The notes under the pieces are model-generated. The model ran no database searches. It saw nothing but the letters and a program-made list of their open reading frames with translations, and was not told where the DNA came from. Below, in pieces: positions 1 through 10,278 of a stretch of DNA of 64,000 nucleotides. Each line of letters opens with the position of its first letter. Within the stretch, counting starts at the first letter, position 1. The stretch lies in the NCBI GenBank assembly GCA_049514915.1, contig JBEKUP010000014.1, forward strand, positions 27,887 to 91,886, written 5' to 3'. The DNA is from Terracidiphilus sp. (GTDB lineage Bacteria; Acidobacteriota; Terriglobia; Terriglobales; Acidobacteriaceae). The position numbers and the translations under genes are program-made.

Positions 1-1316
1 GCAACTGTAAATTCGTTGCCCGCATGCGCGCGACCGCTCACCGCGACGGTCGCAACCGGTAACAGCCCGCTTTGAGACAGGACGGTCAGCCTCCAGTTGC
101 CAGGAGTCACCCCTTGAAAACTGAATTCCCCATGGTTGCAATTCGTTCCAATGGGGTTTTGGCGTGTGGTGCCGCCCACGCTTTCAATCGTCAGGGCAGT
201 GAGCGCTTTATCGCTGCAGAGCAAATCCCCTGTTCCGCTGCGCAACGTACCTGTCACTGTGACGGTAGGAGTGCCCAGCAGCGGATCCACGAGTTGGCTG
301 GTATTCGCGTCCAGTTCGGCAACGCGCGGTGGATCGCCATGCACAAGCTCGTAGTGCCCGGGCGCCAGGCCGCTGAAGTCGGTGGTTCCTGTGCGCATGG
401 CGTCCATGAAGCTGGCGTTTACCTGGGACACCTGCATGCCGAAGATCGTTTGCCGCAGTTCGGCGCGGCCCATCGCTCCGTCCGGTCGGCGTCCCGCTTC
501 CACCGTCAGGTGCAACGCGGGCACGGCGTGAAGGGTTACATTTGCTTCCTCGCGATTGCCTTTGGCCAGGGCAATCGTTGTCGCGGAGGTCTCGTCCGTG
601 GTCTCTTCGTAAAAGGTGATTGGGTAGGCCACGTCAAGAGCTGAGTGCACCTCCGTCGCGCCGTCGGTGGAGGGCCCGCCGCGCTGAGGCGATTGATGCA
701 GCGCATACCAGGGATCAGCCTTCACGGCCAGCAGATACTCGCCCTCCGCCAGGCTATTGAATTCGTACGTTCCCGTGTCGTCGGTCGGCGCGGATTCGGC
801 CTGGGTGATGTGCTCGTTCAGCCGGTGCGCGCGCGGCTTCAGGAACAGCATTACCGTGGCGTTCTCTACAGGATCGCCGCCCTCTGTCGTCACCACACCG
901 CGTAGTGTTGAACCCGGCGTAATCCTGAAATGAAGATCCTCTGTCTCCTGCCCCGGGCCGGTTACGATTGCGGTGAAAAATCCTTCATGCTCGTCGTAGC
1001 CTGCCGTCCTAAAACCGCGTTTGGAGGCCGTCAATTGGTACTTCGCCGCCGCCAGCCCATCAAGCGAAAATCGGCCGTCCTCGTCCGACACCACTGAGGC
1101 AATCGTGTGGCTGTCTTCCTCAGAGAGGGCGGCCACGGTGGCATGGCGGACAGGTTCGTCCGTGACTGCATTCACGACTGTGCCAGCGATGCGGTAACCC
1201 CCTGCGCCAGCCGCAATCTTGGTTTGAGCGACGGCAGGCAGGCATGCCAGTGCCATTAACAGCAGCAGCGCCGCGTGGTGGCGAATTGATCCGAAACTGA
1301 AAGCTGGATGTTGCAT
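1..1316 (-). CDS. CarboxypepD_reg-like domain secreted protein, partial (C-terminus runs off the left window edge)
   Basis: Absent from the ORF track because it is open to the edge. Reverse-complement reading from ATG 1316-1314 gives MQHPAFSFGSIRHHAALLLLMALACLPAVAQTKIAAGAGGYRIAGTVVNAVTDEPVRHATV..., a signal peptide followed by the GxVxD-type motif of carboxypeptidase-regulatory-like beta-sandwich domains. The ATG overlaps the TGA of the upstream gene (TGATG). Confidence 0.7.
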   Translation of the reverse strand, partial: MQHPAFSFGSIRHHAALLLLMALACLPAVAQTKIAAGAGGYRIAGTVVNAVTDEPVRHATVAALSEEDSHTIASVVSDEDGRFSLDGLAAAKYQLTASKRGFRTAGYDEHEGFFTAIVTGPGQETEDLHFRITPGSTLRGVVTTEGGDPVENATVMLFLKPRAHRLNEHITQAESAPTDDTGTYEFNSLAEGEYLLAVKADPWYALHQSPQRGGPSTDGATEVHSALDVAYPITFYEETTDETSATTIALAKGNREEANVTLHAVPALHLTVEAGRRPDGAMGRAELRQTIFGMQVSQVNASFMDAMRTGTTDFSGLAPGHYELVHGDPPRVAELDANTSQLVDPLLGTPTVTVTGTLRSGTGDLLCSDKALTALTIESVGGTTRQNPIGTNCNHGEFSFQGVTPGNWRLTVLSQSGLLPVATVAVSGRAHAGNEFTV

Positions 1317-3217
1317 CAATGCTCCGGCACCTCCAGCGTCAAATTGGCTGTCGTTCCCGGAGACAACGTGACGGCTTGTCCGGGGTTCCCAAGGGCTGCC
1401 ACGGCTTCAGGATTGCGATATTCAAAATGTACCGGCGCATCGAACGTATACACGTGATAGCTGCCCGGCGTGAGCCCGTCGAGGGTGAGCGTGGAGCCGG
1501 AAGAGGGATGGATGGTCATGGGCGGGATAGACACCGGCGTATCGAAGTCCGGCACTATGTAGACGAAGTAGAACGGCTCCTCGCCCGGCTGAAAGGCCGC
1601 CAACCCCGCGGGAAGATTCAGCGCCAGCGTGGCACAGTTGTCTGTCAGCGTCAGGTCCATGGGTGGCGTTGCGGCGGAGATGCCGAGGACAAGCGGGTCG
1701 CGCGCCAAGTTCAATCCTCCAGCAGAGAATGAGCCTGCGCACCAGCCCCTGCGGGGCAGAGTGGCGTCAATCCAATACGAGCCGGGCAACGCGGTGAATG
1801 CAAGCCAATCCGCTCCGCTGTCACTCGGAAAATTGCCATCGGGAAACTGCCCCGGAATCCCGTCCACGCGGTCCAGCGACAGGTTCACCAGTTCCGCACC
1901 GTTCACGTTGTCAGTGTTGTTTGCAACGCCCTTGCCTTCGGCTTCGTGTAGAAACCGCAGCCGGAGTACGTTTTGCGGAGGAGTGCCAAGCGGAATCTGC
2001 AGCCCGGTCACCGGGCGACCCGCCACCGTAAACTCCACCGAACCGGCAAGGGGCTGGGGGTTGTGTCCGGTAGAAACAATTGGCCCGTCAAGCACAAAGG
2101 CTCGCGGGCGCTGGAAAGTTTGCATCACCATCACGTAGGTTCCGTCCGGCAGGTTCGTCTGCAAGGTGTGCGTGGCTGAGTCGTATTGCGGGAAATAAGG
2201 GAGCAGGTGCGCCGAAGCATCCATCACCACTGCCGAATTTCCGGGCGGCGCAGGATTGTTGCCCGGCCCCGGAAGCACTCCCGTTGCGGTCACCGGGTAA
2301 AAGGGTTCGAGCGTCAGGTTGAAGTTTGCCTCCGCTTGCTCTCCCGGCGCTAGTTGAATGCGGCCCGCGCCTGCGAACTCCCGCACGCCCGGATAAAACA
2401 CCGCGGGGAAACCGTCGCGGACAACCTTCGCGGCGTTGCCGGCGGCGATTGCCGTGATGCCCGGTTCGCTTTCCAGCGCGGGCAAAATGTAGACGGAGTA
2501 GACGCCATCCGCGATGCCGCCAAAGCGGTAGTTTCCGGCTCCGTTGGTCTTGGTTTGAGATGCCTGCATCCACACCGCGCGGCCATTACGCGCCACTTTC
2601 TTGACCAGCACTACGTACATAGCTTCGGCGGGATCTCCCGTGGAGAGCTCAATGTGCCCATGAATGGCGCAATTCGGCGTCAGCGTGAACTTGAGGTCGC
2701 GCATCTGCGCCGCTACCAGAACACTGTGCGCCGGGCCCTCCGCCGGGTAGCCCACTTCTTCCGTTGCGTAGGGTCGATCGTGAAAGCCCGGCTTCACAAC
2801 CCGGATGCTCTGCGGTCCGGCGGGAACCCCGGGAATCTCAAACTGGCCTTCACCATCGGTCAGGGTCCCGGTATCGGCGTCGCCTTCAATCCGCACCAGT
2901 GCGCGGGGCAGCGGCTGTCCGGTGGCGCTATCGCGCACTTCGCCGTGCACCGTAACCAGCGTCTTCTCGGCTGCGGTTCCGGCCTGCTGCGCCGGATCCT
3001 GGGCGCTATTCAGAAGCTGAACCATTTCCTGCGTGTGGGCCGGATTCCAGGCTGCTGGCCCCAGTGCGAGGGCCGCGCCCAAGCTCGATGCCATGCAGGC
3101 ACGAATCAGGCGTCTTCCACTACGACCTGGGCCTGCCGGCGAGCGATCAAGGCTGCCTGCGGCGCGATGGCTCGCGCTTCCACGACCTGGGGTTCCATGA
3201 CTTGTCCGAAAGTCCAC
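1316..3217 (-). CDS. CarboxypepD_reg-like domain protein (large secreted/envelope protein)
   Basis: 633-aa ORF with 'VHGEVRDSATGQPLPRALVRIEG...GEGQFEIPGVPAGPQSIRVVKPGF', typical of carboxypeptidase regulatory-like domains. The start is uncertain: internal ATG at 3094 gives MASSLGAALALGPAAW. Translationally coupled to the downstream paralog. Confidence 0.7.
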   Translation of the reverse strand: MDFRTSHGTPGRGSASHRAAGSLDRSPAGPGRSGRRLIRACMASSLGAALALGPAAWNPAHTQEMVQLLNSAQDPAQQAGTAAEKTLVTVHGEVRDSATGQPLPRALVRIEGDADTGTLTDGEGQFEIPGVPAGPQSIRVVKPGFHDRPYATEEVGYPAEGPAHSVLVAAQMRDLKFTLTPNCAIHGHIELSTGDPAEAMYVVLVKKVARNGRAVWMQASQTKTNGAGNYRFGGIADGVYSVYILPALESEPGITAIAAGNAAKVVRDGFPAVFYPGVREFAGAGRIQLAPGEQAEANFNLTLEPFYPVTATGVLPGPGNNPAPPGNSAVVMDASAHLLPYFPQYDSATHTLQTNLPDGTYVMVMQTFQRPRAFVLDGPIVSTGHNPQPLAGSVEFTVAGRPVTGLQIPLGTPPQNVLRLRFLHEAEGKGVANNTDNVNGAELVNLSLDRVDGIPGQFPDGNFPSDSGADWLAFTALPGSYWIDATLPRRGWCAGSFSAGGLNLARDPLVLGISAATPPMDLTLTDNCATLALNLPAGLAAFQPGEEPFYFVYIVPDFDTPVSIPPMTIHPSSGSTLTLDGLTPGSYHVYTFDAPVHFEYRNPEAVAALGNPGQAVTLSPGTTANLTLEVPEH

Positions 3218-3313
3218 TCACTATTGTGACGGGTTGCAGCCGGGAAGGGAATCCGCGGAGGAGAAATTCCCCATCCGCTCGTTACCGTTTCATGGCTGCG
3301 CGTATGGCCGGCC

Positions 3314-5191
3314 TCAACCCCGGTCCAGATACCAGGGAAGATTGATGACCACAATGCGCTTGTTTCCGCGGACTAACAGGATCACTTTCAGCAGGTCAGC
3401 GCGCCGGTTGTGCATCAGGTTTTCCCACCAGTGGCGCACCACCAACTCCGGCACCAGCACGCACACGTTATGCGTTGCCGACTCGCATTCCGCCCCCAGC
3501 ACGTAATCCACAACCGGCCCAAGCACATAGCGGTAAGGCGACTTGAGAACCACCAGTTTGGGAACGCCCTTCCCGGCCTCGCGCAGGGGAATGGCCACGT
3601 CCTTCTCCCACACTTTGCAGATTTCGTCTTCCTCATCTCCTACCTGCACGTGGAGGCAGCGCACATCGTCGGCCATCGAAAGCCCGAAGGCCAGCGCCTT
3701 CTCCGTCACCCGGCTCCAACGGTCCATGGGGATTACCACGATGGGCGCGGTGACATCCGAGGGGGCGAACGGCAGGTCAAGGAACGTCTCCTTGTCAACC
3801 CGTACATAGTGGCGCTTTACAGCGCGCATCAGCAGAATCATCACCGCAATCAGCAGGGCCGTGATCCATGCGCCCTCAACAAACTTGGCCACCAGCACGA
3901 CCAGCGTGGTAAGGCCGGTTGCGAAAGCGCCCAGGCCATTGACGAACATGCGCAGGTTTGCTTGGCCCTTGCGCTTCCAGTGCATCACCATGCCCGCCTG
4001 CGACAGCGTGAAGGCCATGAACGCGCCAATTGCATACAGAGGAATGAGCCGGTCCGTCACGCCCCCGAAGAAGATCAGCAGCGTCGCGGTGAGCACCACC
4101 AGGACATAGATTCCCCAGGAATAGAGCAGCCGCCGGCCGCGCAGCATAAACACGTGCGGCATGTAATCGTCCAGCGCAATGGCGCGCGTGAGGCGGGGAA
4201 AATCAGCAAACGCCGTGTTGGCGGAGAGCGCCAGCACCAGCAGCACAGAGGCGATGGTCAGGTAGTAGAACCAGCCATGCCCCATCACCGCGCGGGTCAG
4301 CATGGAGAGCACGCTCTCGTACCCCGGCCCATCGGGGTTGGTTGCGGCAATGCCATACGCGCGGCAAAGCAGAGCAATGCCGCCGAGCAAAATCGCCAGC
4401 AGCACAATGACTACAGTCAGCGTGATCTTGGCGTTCTTGCGGGTGTCGTCGCGGAACGCCATCACCCCGTTGCTCACCGCCTCCACGCCGGTCATGGCCG
4501 TGCAACCGGAAGAGAAGACCTTGAGCAGGAACCACAAGCTCACCGCCGCTGTGGCAGCGGGAATTTTCGGAAGCGTCCCCATTGGATGCGGATGGCCGCC
4601 CGTGTGCAGCACCTGCCACGCGCCCGCCGCAATCACAATCAGCAGTGTTCCGGTGAACAGGTAAGTGGGAATCATGAACACCACGCCCGTGTCGTGCACG
4701 CCGCGCATGTTCACGATTGTCAAAATCAAAAGCACTGCGAGACACAACTGCAGCGTGTAGGGTTGCAGCCCGGGTGCTGCGGAAATCAGCGCGCCCACGC
4801 CGGCGGAGATGCCCACCGCTGCCGTCAGGATGTAATCGATCATCAGCGCGGCCGCGGCCAGTAACCCCGCTCCCTCACCCAGGTTCTGGCTGGCTACCGT
4901 GTATGAGCCGCCGCCCTGCGGGTACGCGTCGATCGTCTGCCGGTAACTGAAGTAGACGATGGTCAGCAGGAGAATGATGGCCGCGCTTACCGGGACAATG
5001 TACTGCACGCCCATCAGGCCCAGCGGAATCAGCAGGGTCAGTGCGGCTTCCGGACCGTATGCCGCCGAACTGAGGGCGTCCAGGCCGAACACTGGAATGC
5101 CGGCGAGCGGTCCAATATGCTCCGCGCGCTCCTCGCTTGTAGCCAGGGGCCTGCCCAAAAGCAGGTTTTGAATGCTTGTGCCAAAAGCCAT
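3314..5191 (-). CDS. APC-superfamily amino acid/polyamine permease with cytoplasmic C-terminal extension
   Basis: 625-aa ORF with about 12 hydrophobic segments. The N-terminus 'LLGRPLATSEERAEHIGPLAGIPVFGLDALSSAAYGPEAAL' is characteristic of this APC subfamily. The 484-aa plus-strand ORF opposite is antisense noise. Confidence 0.85.
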   Translation of the reverse strand: MAFGTSIQNLLLGRPLATSEERAEHIGPLAGIPVFGLDALSSAAYGPEAALTLLIPLGLMGVQYIVPVSAAIILLLTIVYFSYRQTIDAYPQGGGSYTVASQNLGEGAGLLAAAALMIDYILTAAVGISAGVGALISAAPGLQPYTLQLCLAVLLILTIVNMRGVHDTGVVFMIPTYLFTGTLLIVIAAGAWQVLHTGGHPHPMGTLPKIPAATAAVSLWFLLKVFSSGCTAMTGVEAVSNGVMAFRDDTRKNAKITLTVVIVLLAILLGGIALLCRAYGIAATNPDGPGYESVLSMLTRAVMGHGWFYYLTIASVLLVLALSANTAFADFPRLTRAIALDDYMPHVFMLRGRRLLYSWGIYVLVVLTATLLIFFGGVTDRLIPLYAIGAFMAFTLSQAGMVMHWKRKGQANLRMFVNGLGAFATGLTTLVVLVAKFVEGAWITALLIAVMILLMRAVKRHYVRVDKETFLDLPFAPSDVTAPIVVIPMDRWSRVTEKALAFGLSMADDVRCLHVQVGDEEDEICKVWEKDVAIPLREAGKGVPKLVVLKSPYRYVLGPVVDYVLGAECESATHNVCVLVPELVVRHWWENLMHNRRADLLKVILLVRGNKRIVVINLPWYLDRG

Positions 5192-5348
5192 GTGATTGTT
5201 CGTCCGGCAGCCGGGAATTTGGGGTGGGAAAAGGCCGTCGAGGGAATTGTCTCACGGCGCGGGAAGAGAGCTGCGTTGAGTGCGCATCGAGGGCACCCCA
5301 TCCTCCGCTTGCATTGCGAAGGATGGGAATGTGCCCAACGTGATTCGA

Positions 5349-6947
5349 TCAGAAGGTGAAGCGGCTTCCGGCTGTCGGAGCAAAGTTGTCGTCGGAGTTA
5401 TAGGGGACGCCGGGGCCGTGAGGAATGGCGATATCCAGACCACCGGCCACCCAGGAATAGGCAATTCCGGCGAAGGTGTCGAAACGCTTGGTGAAGTGAT
5501 GATCCAGATAAAGCGACCCTTCGTTGAGATTGCCCGCACAGGAACTGCGGAAACCGGCTGCTACCGAACAGGTGGGCGGAATACGAAAGTCGTTCTGCCG
5601 TTGTTGATACCAGGCGAAGGTGAAGTCGGTCTTGCTGCGGTAGGTATACTTCGCGCCCGTCCACCAGATCTGCACCAACTTTTCAGAATCAAGATTGTTG
5701 TCTTCGACCCCGCTCATGATGTAGCCGCCCTGGTCTGAGGCTCCAACGCCCAACGGGTTCGCCGGGTTGTTCTGCCAGATGTATTCGTACCCGGCAAAAA
5801 CTTTGAATGCCTCCGATGAATACTTGGCGGCGGCCATCACCGCGTTATTGTCAGTCACGATGCCATACACGGTGTTGTTCGTGGCGATCAGATTAGCCCC
5901 GTTGATGGGGTTCGTATTGATGCTGTCAGTGGTCGACTGATAAGTCGCCGTCAGGCTCTGCGGCCCAAGCAAGGGGTTCAATACGCTGATGGCCTGGTTG
6001 TAATGCTGGTAGACGAGGTCGGCGGAGACCTTGGTGATGACTCCGCCGAGGTCAAATCCATAGGCGTTGTTATGCGCTGATTCCGGCGTACAGTTTGCCG
6101 CAGTCCAGGTTGAGGAAGCCGAATAGCAGCCGCCATTGCCATCGGCGAATTTATACATCGCACCGAAATGGACGGGGCCATACGCGAGGCGATACTTCAG
6201 GGCATCGTCCCAGCGGCTGTTCTCGGTGTCGCCGCCGCCGGCCATGGTGCCGTTATACCCGATGTACGAAAAGGCATAACTGCCGCCGGCCGGATCGTAA
6301 AGGAGCATCGAATCGGTACCGAGAGAGCGCTGACGGCCGAAGGTTAGCGCGCCAACATACTTCGACGATATGCCCGCATCGTATTCGTCGTTGAAGGGCT
6401 GGCCCGCGCGTGCGCCGTCAATGGCTATCGAATAGCTGGCCCTGGGAAGACCGTTGTTAATGATGTCAGTGTCTGACGCGTTGGCCAGCAGGCCGGACTG
6501 CGGATTGATACCGGTTGAAGCGTTGAACACCACGGACCAACCATGCGCAAACTCTTCCTTGCCCCTGATGCCCAGGCCCGTTTGCGACAGGTTGTTCGGT
6601 GCGACGAGGAACCGATGTTGATAGCCGTTTCGGTTCACCAGAGATTCGCCTTCGTAGTTATAGCCGTTCTCCGGTAATCCATGGCTGACCCAGCCGGCGC
6701 CCACGTCATACGTACCATACAGCGTGATGCCATGCCAGGTCAGCGCGCAATCGGTGGTCGCGAAATCGTGGCCGTTCGCGCAGCCGGTTTTGTTTTGGTC
6801 CGCCACCGGGGCGGAAGCGGCCGGCGCCGTTTGCGTCCACGCCGGGAACGCGGCCATCACAAGCAACAACAGCAGGAAGAATGGTTGGGCCAGCGTCGAC
6901 AAGAGGAAGGGGTTCGACACTGAGGGAAAGAACTTTGCCTTGTTCAT
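5349..6947 (-). CDS. Outer-membrane beta-barrel porin (putative)
   Basis: Preferred ATG at 6947 (MNKAKFF...) lies 5 nt after GGAGG; the ORF-track maximum is 7049. Signal peptide ends at ...AFPAWTQTAPA. The body shows alternating aromatic/Gly-rich beta-strand patterns and ends in the C-terminal ...GSRFTF (terminal Phe) typical of OMPs. Confidence 0.6.
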   Translation of the reverse strand: MNKAKFFPSVSNPFLLSTLAQPFFLLLLLVMAAFPAWTQTAPAASAPVADQNKTGCANGHDFATTDCALTWHGITLYGTYDVGAGWVSHGLPENGYNYEGESLVNRNGYQHRFLVAPNNLSQTGLGIRGKEEFAHGWSVVFNASTGINPQSGLLANASDTDIINNGLPRASYSIAIDGARAGQPFNDEYDAGISSKYVGALTFGRQRSLGTDSMLLYDPAGGSYAFSYIGYNGTMAGGGDTENSRWDDALKYRLAYGPVHFGAMYKFADGNGGCYSASSTWTAANCTPESAHNNAYGFDLGGVITKVSADLVYQHYNQAISVLNPLLGPQSLTATYQSTTDSINTNPINGANLIATNNTVYGIVTDNNAVMAAAKYSSEAFKVFAGYEYIWQNNPANPLGVGASDQGGYIMSGVEDNNLDSEKLVQIWWTGAKYTYRSKTDFTFAWYQQRQNDFRIPPTCSVAAGFRSSCAGNLNEGSLYLDHHFTKRFDTFAGIAYSWVAGGLDIAIPHGPGVPYNSDDNFAPTAGSRFTF

Positions 6948-7145
6948 CAGGCCTCCGGAAGAAAAATGAACATCGCAACTACTTCCTGCGATTCTAAACG
7001 AATGTATATATCGAATTTGTACGGTATGCGACAATGCGTTCCGCAGCACAATTTTGCATTCCGGTCGCCCGGCGCTTCAGGTGTAACCTTGCATCATCGC
7101 AGCGTGTTGGGCCTGGAGCCCAGTGGCCAACACCGAAGGTGAACC

Positions 7146-7559
7146 ATGGCCCAGTCAGAAACTCTTTTAACCCCTCGTGAAGCGGCAGCGGAGATCGGCG
7201 TCAGCTACGCCACGGTCAAGCAATGGATTCTTGCCGGCAAGCTGAAGAGCACCAGGACTCCCGGTGGCCATCACCGCATCCCGCAGAGCGCGCTCAAACC
7301 GCTCCTGAAGTCCACTCCCACCAAGCCCCGCATCGAATCCCGCGAGCGCTTCCGCAACGTGAGCGGCCGCAATCAACTTGTAGGCAAGATTGTGGATGTA
7401 AAGTTTAGCGGCCTGCTCGCCCAGGTTGTCATCTCCATCGGCGATCAGCAGATCACGTCCATCATCACCGCCGATGCTGCGCGCGAGATGCAACTGCGCA
7501 AAGGCCAGACGGCAGCGGCTCTCATGAAGTCGACGGAAGTAATGATTGTTCGCGTTTGA
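7146..7559 (+). CDS. Transcriptional regulator: excisionase/MerR-type HTH fused to a TOBE (molybdate/Mop-like) domain
   Basis: N-terminus 'LTPREAAAEIGVSYATVKQWILAGKL' is an HTH_17-like helix-turn-helix. C-terminus 'RNQLVGKIVDVKFSGLLAQVVISIG...TAAALMKSTEVMI' is a TOBE fold pattern. Divergent from the porin gene. Confidence 0.75.
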   Translation: MAQSETLLTPREAAAEIGVSYATVKQWILAGKLKSTRTPGGHHRIPQSALKPLLKSTPTKPRIESRERFRNVSGRNQLVGKIVDVKFSGLLAQVVISIGDQQITSIITADAAREMQLRKGQTAAALMKSTEVMIVRV

Positions 7560-7668
7560 GCGCGGCGAGGAGGGCGCCTTAGCGCTGGCGTCTTTTATCT
7601 GTTGGGTGGGTTCTTACTATCCTGGCCGCTGATCGATTCCGCAACAGGCGCGCAGTTCTCATGTTCCG

Positions 7669-10068
7669 CTAGACGTTGACCGATGTGGCCATCGGCAGTG
7701 TAAACATGAAGCGGCTGCCCTTGTCCGGCGTGCTCTCTACCCAGATGCGTCCGGCGTGTTGCTCAATGATGCTACGGCAGAGCGCCAGGCCCAGTCCGGT
7801 GCCACCGCGCGAGCGTGTGTCGGACGCGTCTCCCTGGTGGAAGCGGTCGAAAATCTTCTCCAGTTTTTCCGGCGCGATGCCGCGGCCCTGGTCCTCGACA
7901 ACGAAACAGACCTCGCCTGTCGTCGCTTTCGCCAGTTCCACCGGCCGGGCAGACAGCCGGATCTCGGTCTCCGGCGGCGAAAATTTGATGGCGTTCGTCA
8001 GCAGCTCGTGCAGCACTTTCAGAATCCGGTCGCCGTCGGCAAGCACCTGCTCCTCAGTCGGCTCGATTTGGAAGCTGATTTTGGCCGCTGTGGCCGGCCT
8101 TTCTACCGCGGCAGTAGACTGGCGGAGCAGGTCGGCGGCCTTCACCGGTCGCCGGTTCAGCGCCAGCATTCCCTTCTCCACGCTGTCGAAATCCAGAATG
8201 TCGTTCACCAGCTTCACCAGCCGGTCGCAATTGCCAATCGCCATGTCAAACATCTGCTGGCGCTTTTCCGGCCGCTTGTCCAGCGTTCCGGAAGAGATGA
8301 GTCCCATGGACGCGCGCAGCGAAGTGAGCGGTGTGCGCAGTTCGTGGCCCACCGTGGAAATGAACTCGTCTTTCATGCGTTCCAGTCGCCGCCGCTCAGA
8401 GATATCCTGGAACGCCACAACCATGCCGGAGATGCGTCCGTCTTCGAGCATCGGGCTGGCGCTGTAGTCCACCGGAATCGGCACCCCGTCCTGCCGCCAG
8501 AAAACCTCATCGCGCATCCTGATAGCCGTTGAGCGGTGCATGGCCATCAGAATCGGGCTCGCATATTTCGCATAGGGAGTTCCATCGGCGCGGCTGCGGT
8601 ATACCACCTCGTGCAGATCGCGGCCGGTCAACTCTTCCGGCGTATAGCCGAGAGTCTTTGCCGCAGCCTGGTTTACAAACGTCATCCTGCCATACAGGTC
8701 GATGCCGTAGATGCCGTCGCCCACCGACTCCAGAATCAGCTCGCGTTGCCGCGTGGCCCGGTGCAGAGCCTCTTCCGCCTCGTTCTGTTCCGTCACGTCG
8801 ATGCCGTGGTTCAGCACAAACGGATGCTCGCCCGGAAGCTCCATGCGGCGGCTGCGGAACGCAATCCGCCGATACGCGCCGTCGCCCCTGCGCAGCCGTA
8901 ACGATCCCTGCCACTCCGCTCCGGTCTCCAGTGTGCGCAGGCCTTCCTGGAAGGTCGTCGCGTCATTCTCATCCAGCAGTTCGATAACCGCGCGGCCGGT
9001 CAGCGCCTCCGCCCGGTATCCCAGCGTCTCCGCCGTAAAGGCATTCAGCGAAGTCAGCCGGCCTTCCATGGAGCACGTAAAGAGGAATCCCAGGCTGTTC
9101 TCAACCACCTGCTTGTAGCGCGTTTCGCTGGAAAGCAGCGCCAGTTCCGCCTCGCGCTGCTCGGTCACATCCTGGCCGCTCACAATCAGGTAAAGAATCT
9201 CGCCTGAGGGGCCGGGCAGCGGCCGCAGCGTCCAGCTCACATGTCGCGGACGTCCTCCCTGAGTTCGCCAGGCCGTTTCGTGCGGTCCAGAAACCAGTCC
9301 CGCCGTAGCTTCGCGCAGCTTGTCTTCCGCCCAGATATGGTCGGCGTGATCCAGCACCCTGTCTATAAAGGGGCGCCCTACAGCTTCTTCCTGGCTCAGC
9401 CCGGTGAGCTGCATGCACGGGTAATTCATCCGCACCATCTTGCCGCTGGTGTCCAGCAGCGCTGCCAGAAAGGGAATCGAATCCAATGTTCCGGCCACAA
9501 AGCAGCGTTCCGTAGCTAGTGCGCGCTCCGTCAACTGCAGCGCGCGCTGCGCCTGCTCCTGACCGCGAATGCGCGCATAAAGCTCAAGCCGCGTCACCAC
9601 CTGGTGCCCAAGAATCTCAAGCAGCGTCAGGTGTTCCTGGCTGAAACGGTCAGGTTCCCGCGCCAAAACCGCCAGAGCGCCGACAAGCTGATTCGACCCC
9701 ACTTGCAGCGGCGTACCTGCGTAGGAACGGCATGGCTTTGCTCCGGGCGGCGATATCCCTTCTCGAGCGAACCGAGAATCCTTCGACGCATCCCGGACCA
9801 GCATCGACTGGCCGCTCTCCAGCATCCAATGGCAGCCGGTGGTTGTGCGCGACTGTTCCGCAGCGTCGAATCCAAAGGTGGATTTGTACCAGAGACGCCT
9901 GGAATCCATCCAGCCCACATAGGCGTAGTCAGCGCCGCAAAGTATCGCAGCCAGGCCGGCAAGCTCGTCCAATGCCGGGTCAGGAGCGCGGTCAAATAGG
10001 TCCAGCGTCGGCCGTTGAGCCGGTTCCTGACGGTCTCCGAGTTGTGGACCCTGCGCCACGTACGTCAA
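7669..10068 (-). CDS. Sensor histidine kinase, GAF + three PAS domains + HisKA/HATPase_c
   Basis: 799 aa. N-terminal GAF-like region, then repeated PAS signatures ('DVTEQREAE', 'DVTEQNEAEEAL', 'FQDISERRRLE'). H-box 'HELRTPLTS', N/G boxes 'LTNAIKF' and 'GTGLGLALCRSIIEQH'. No cognate response regulator lies adjacent. Confidence 0.9.
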   Translation of the reverse strand: MTYVAQGPQLGDRQEPAQRPTLDLFDRAPDPALDELAGLAAILCGADYAYVGWMDSRRLWYKSTFGFDAAEQSRTTTGCHWMLESGQSMLVRDASKDSRFAREGISPPGAKPCRSYAGTPLQVGSNQLVGALAVLAREPDRFSQEHLTLLEILGHQVVTRLELYARIRGQEQAQRALQLTERALATERCFVAGTLDSIPFLAALLDTSGKMVRMNYPCMQLTGLSQEEAVGRPFIDRVLDHADHIWAEDKLREATAGLVSGPHETAWRTQGGRPRHVSWTLRPLPGPSGEILYLIVSGQDVTEQREAELALLSSETRYKQVVENSLGFLFTCSMEGRLTSLNAFTAETLGYRAEALTGRAVIELLDENDATTFQEGLRTLETGAEWQGSLRLRRGDGAYRRIAFRSRRMELPGEHPFVLNHGIDVTEQNEAEEALHRATRQRELILESVGDGIYGIDLYGRMTFVNQAAAKTLGYTPEELTGRDLHEVVYRSRADGTPYAKYASPILMAMHRSTAIRMRDEVFWRQDGVPIPVDYSASPMLEDGRISGMVVAFQDISERRRLERMKDEFISTVGHELRTPLTSLRASMGLISSGTLDKRPEKRQQMFDMAIGNCDRLVKLVNDILDFDSVEKGMLALNRRPVKAADLLRQSTAAVERPATAAKISFQIEPTEEQVLADGDRILKVLHELLTNAIKFSPPETEIRLSARPVELAKATTGEVCFVVEDQGRGIAPEKLEKIFDRFHQGDASDTRSRGGTGLGLALCRSIIEQHAGRIWVESTPDKGSRFMFTLPMATSVNV

Positions 10069-10278
10069 GCAAAGTCACCCAACCTACAGTATCGAGCAAT
10101 GGCCGAAGGTTCCTTCTGCCACAATCGAGGGAGTCTTCAGTGAACCGGTTACAACTAAAGTCATCTAGAATGTGACACTAACGGTTCATTAAGAGGTTAC
10201 CAGTGGAAAGCGAGACTTTCTGAATACGCCGACCTGCGTTTGCCGGCTCGGTACGCGGCCTCAGCCGCAATGGTTTGC

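Noticed and set aside
72-905. Plus-strand ORFs 72-644 and 645-905
   Set aside because: They lie antisense to the edge-truncated CarboxypepD_reg gene, whose signal peptide and domain motifs I could read directly. Neither has an RBS or recognisable motifs.
3410-4864. 484-aa plus-strand ORF opposite the APC permease
   Set aside because: Antisense artefact with His/Arg/Gln-rich nonsense composition. The minus-strand frame encodes a coherent 12-TM permease.
5192-5348. Looked for a riboswitch or leader in the 157-nt spacer upstream of the APC permease, and likewise upstream of dxs (11221-11355)
   Set aside because: I saw only a short hairpin (CCCATCCT...AGGATGGG on the minus strand), likely the end of the porin transcript. 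Nothing matches riboswitch cores I can recognise by eye. A covariance-model scan would be needed.
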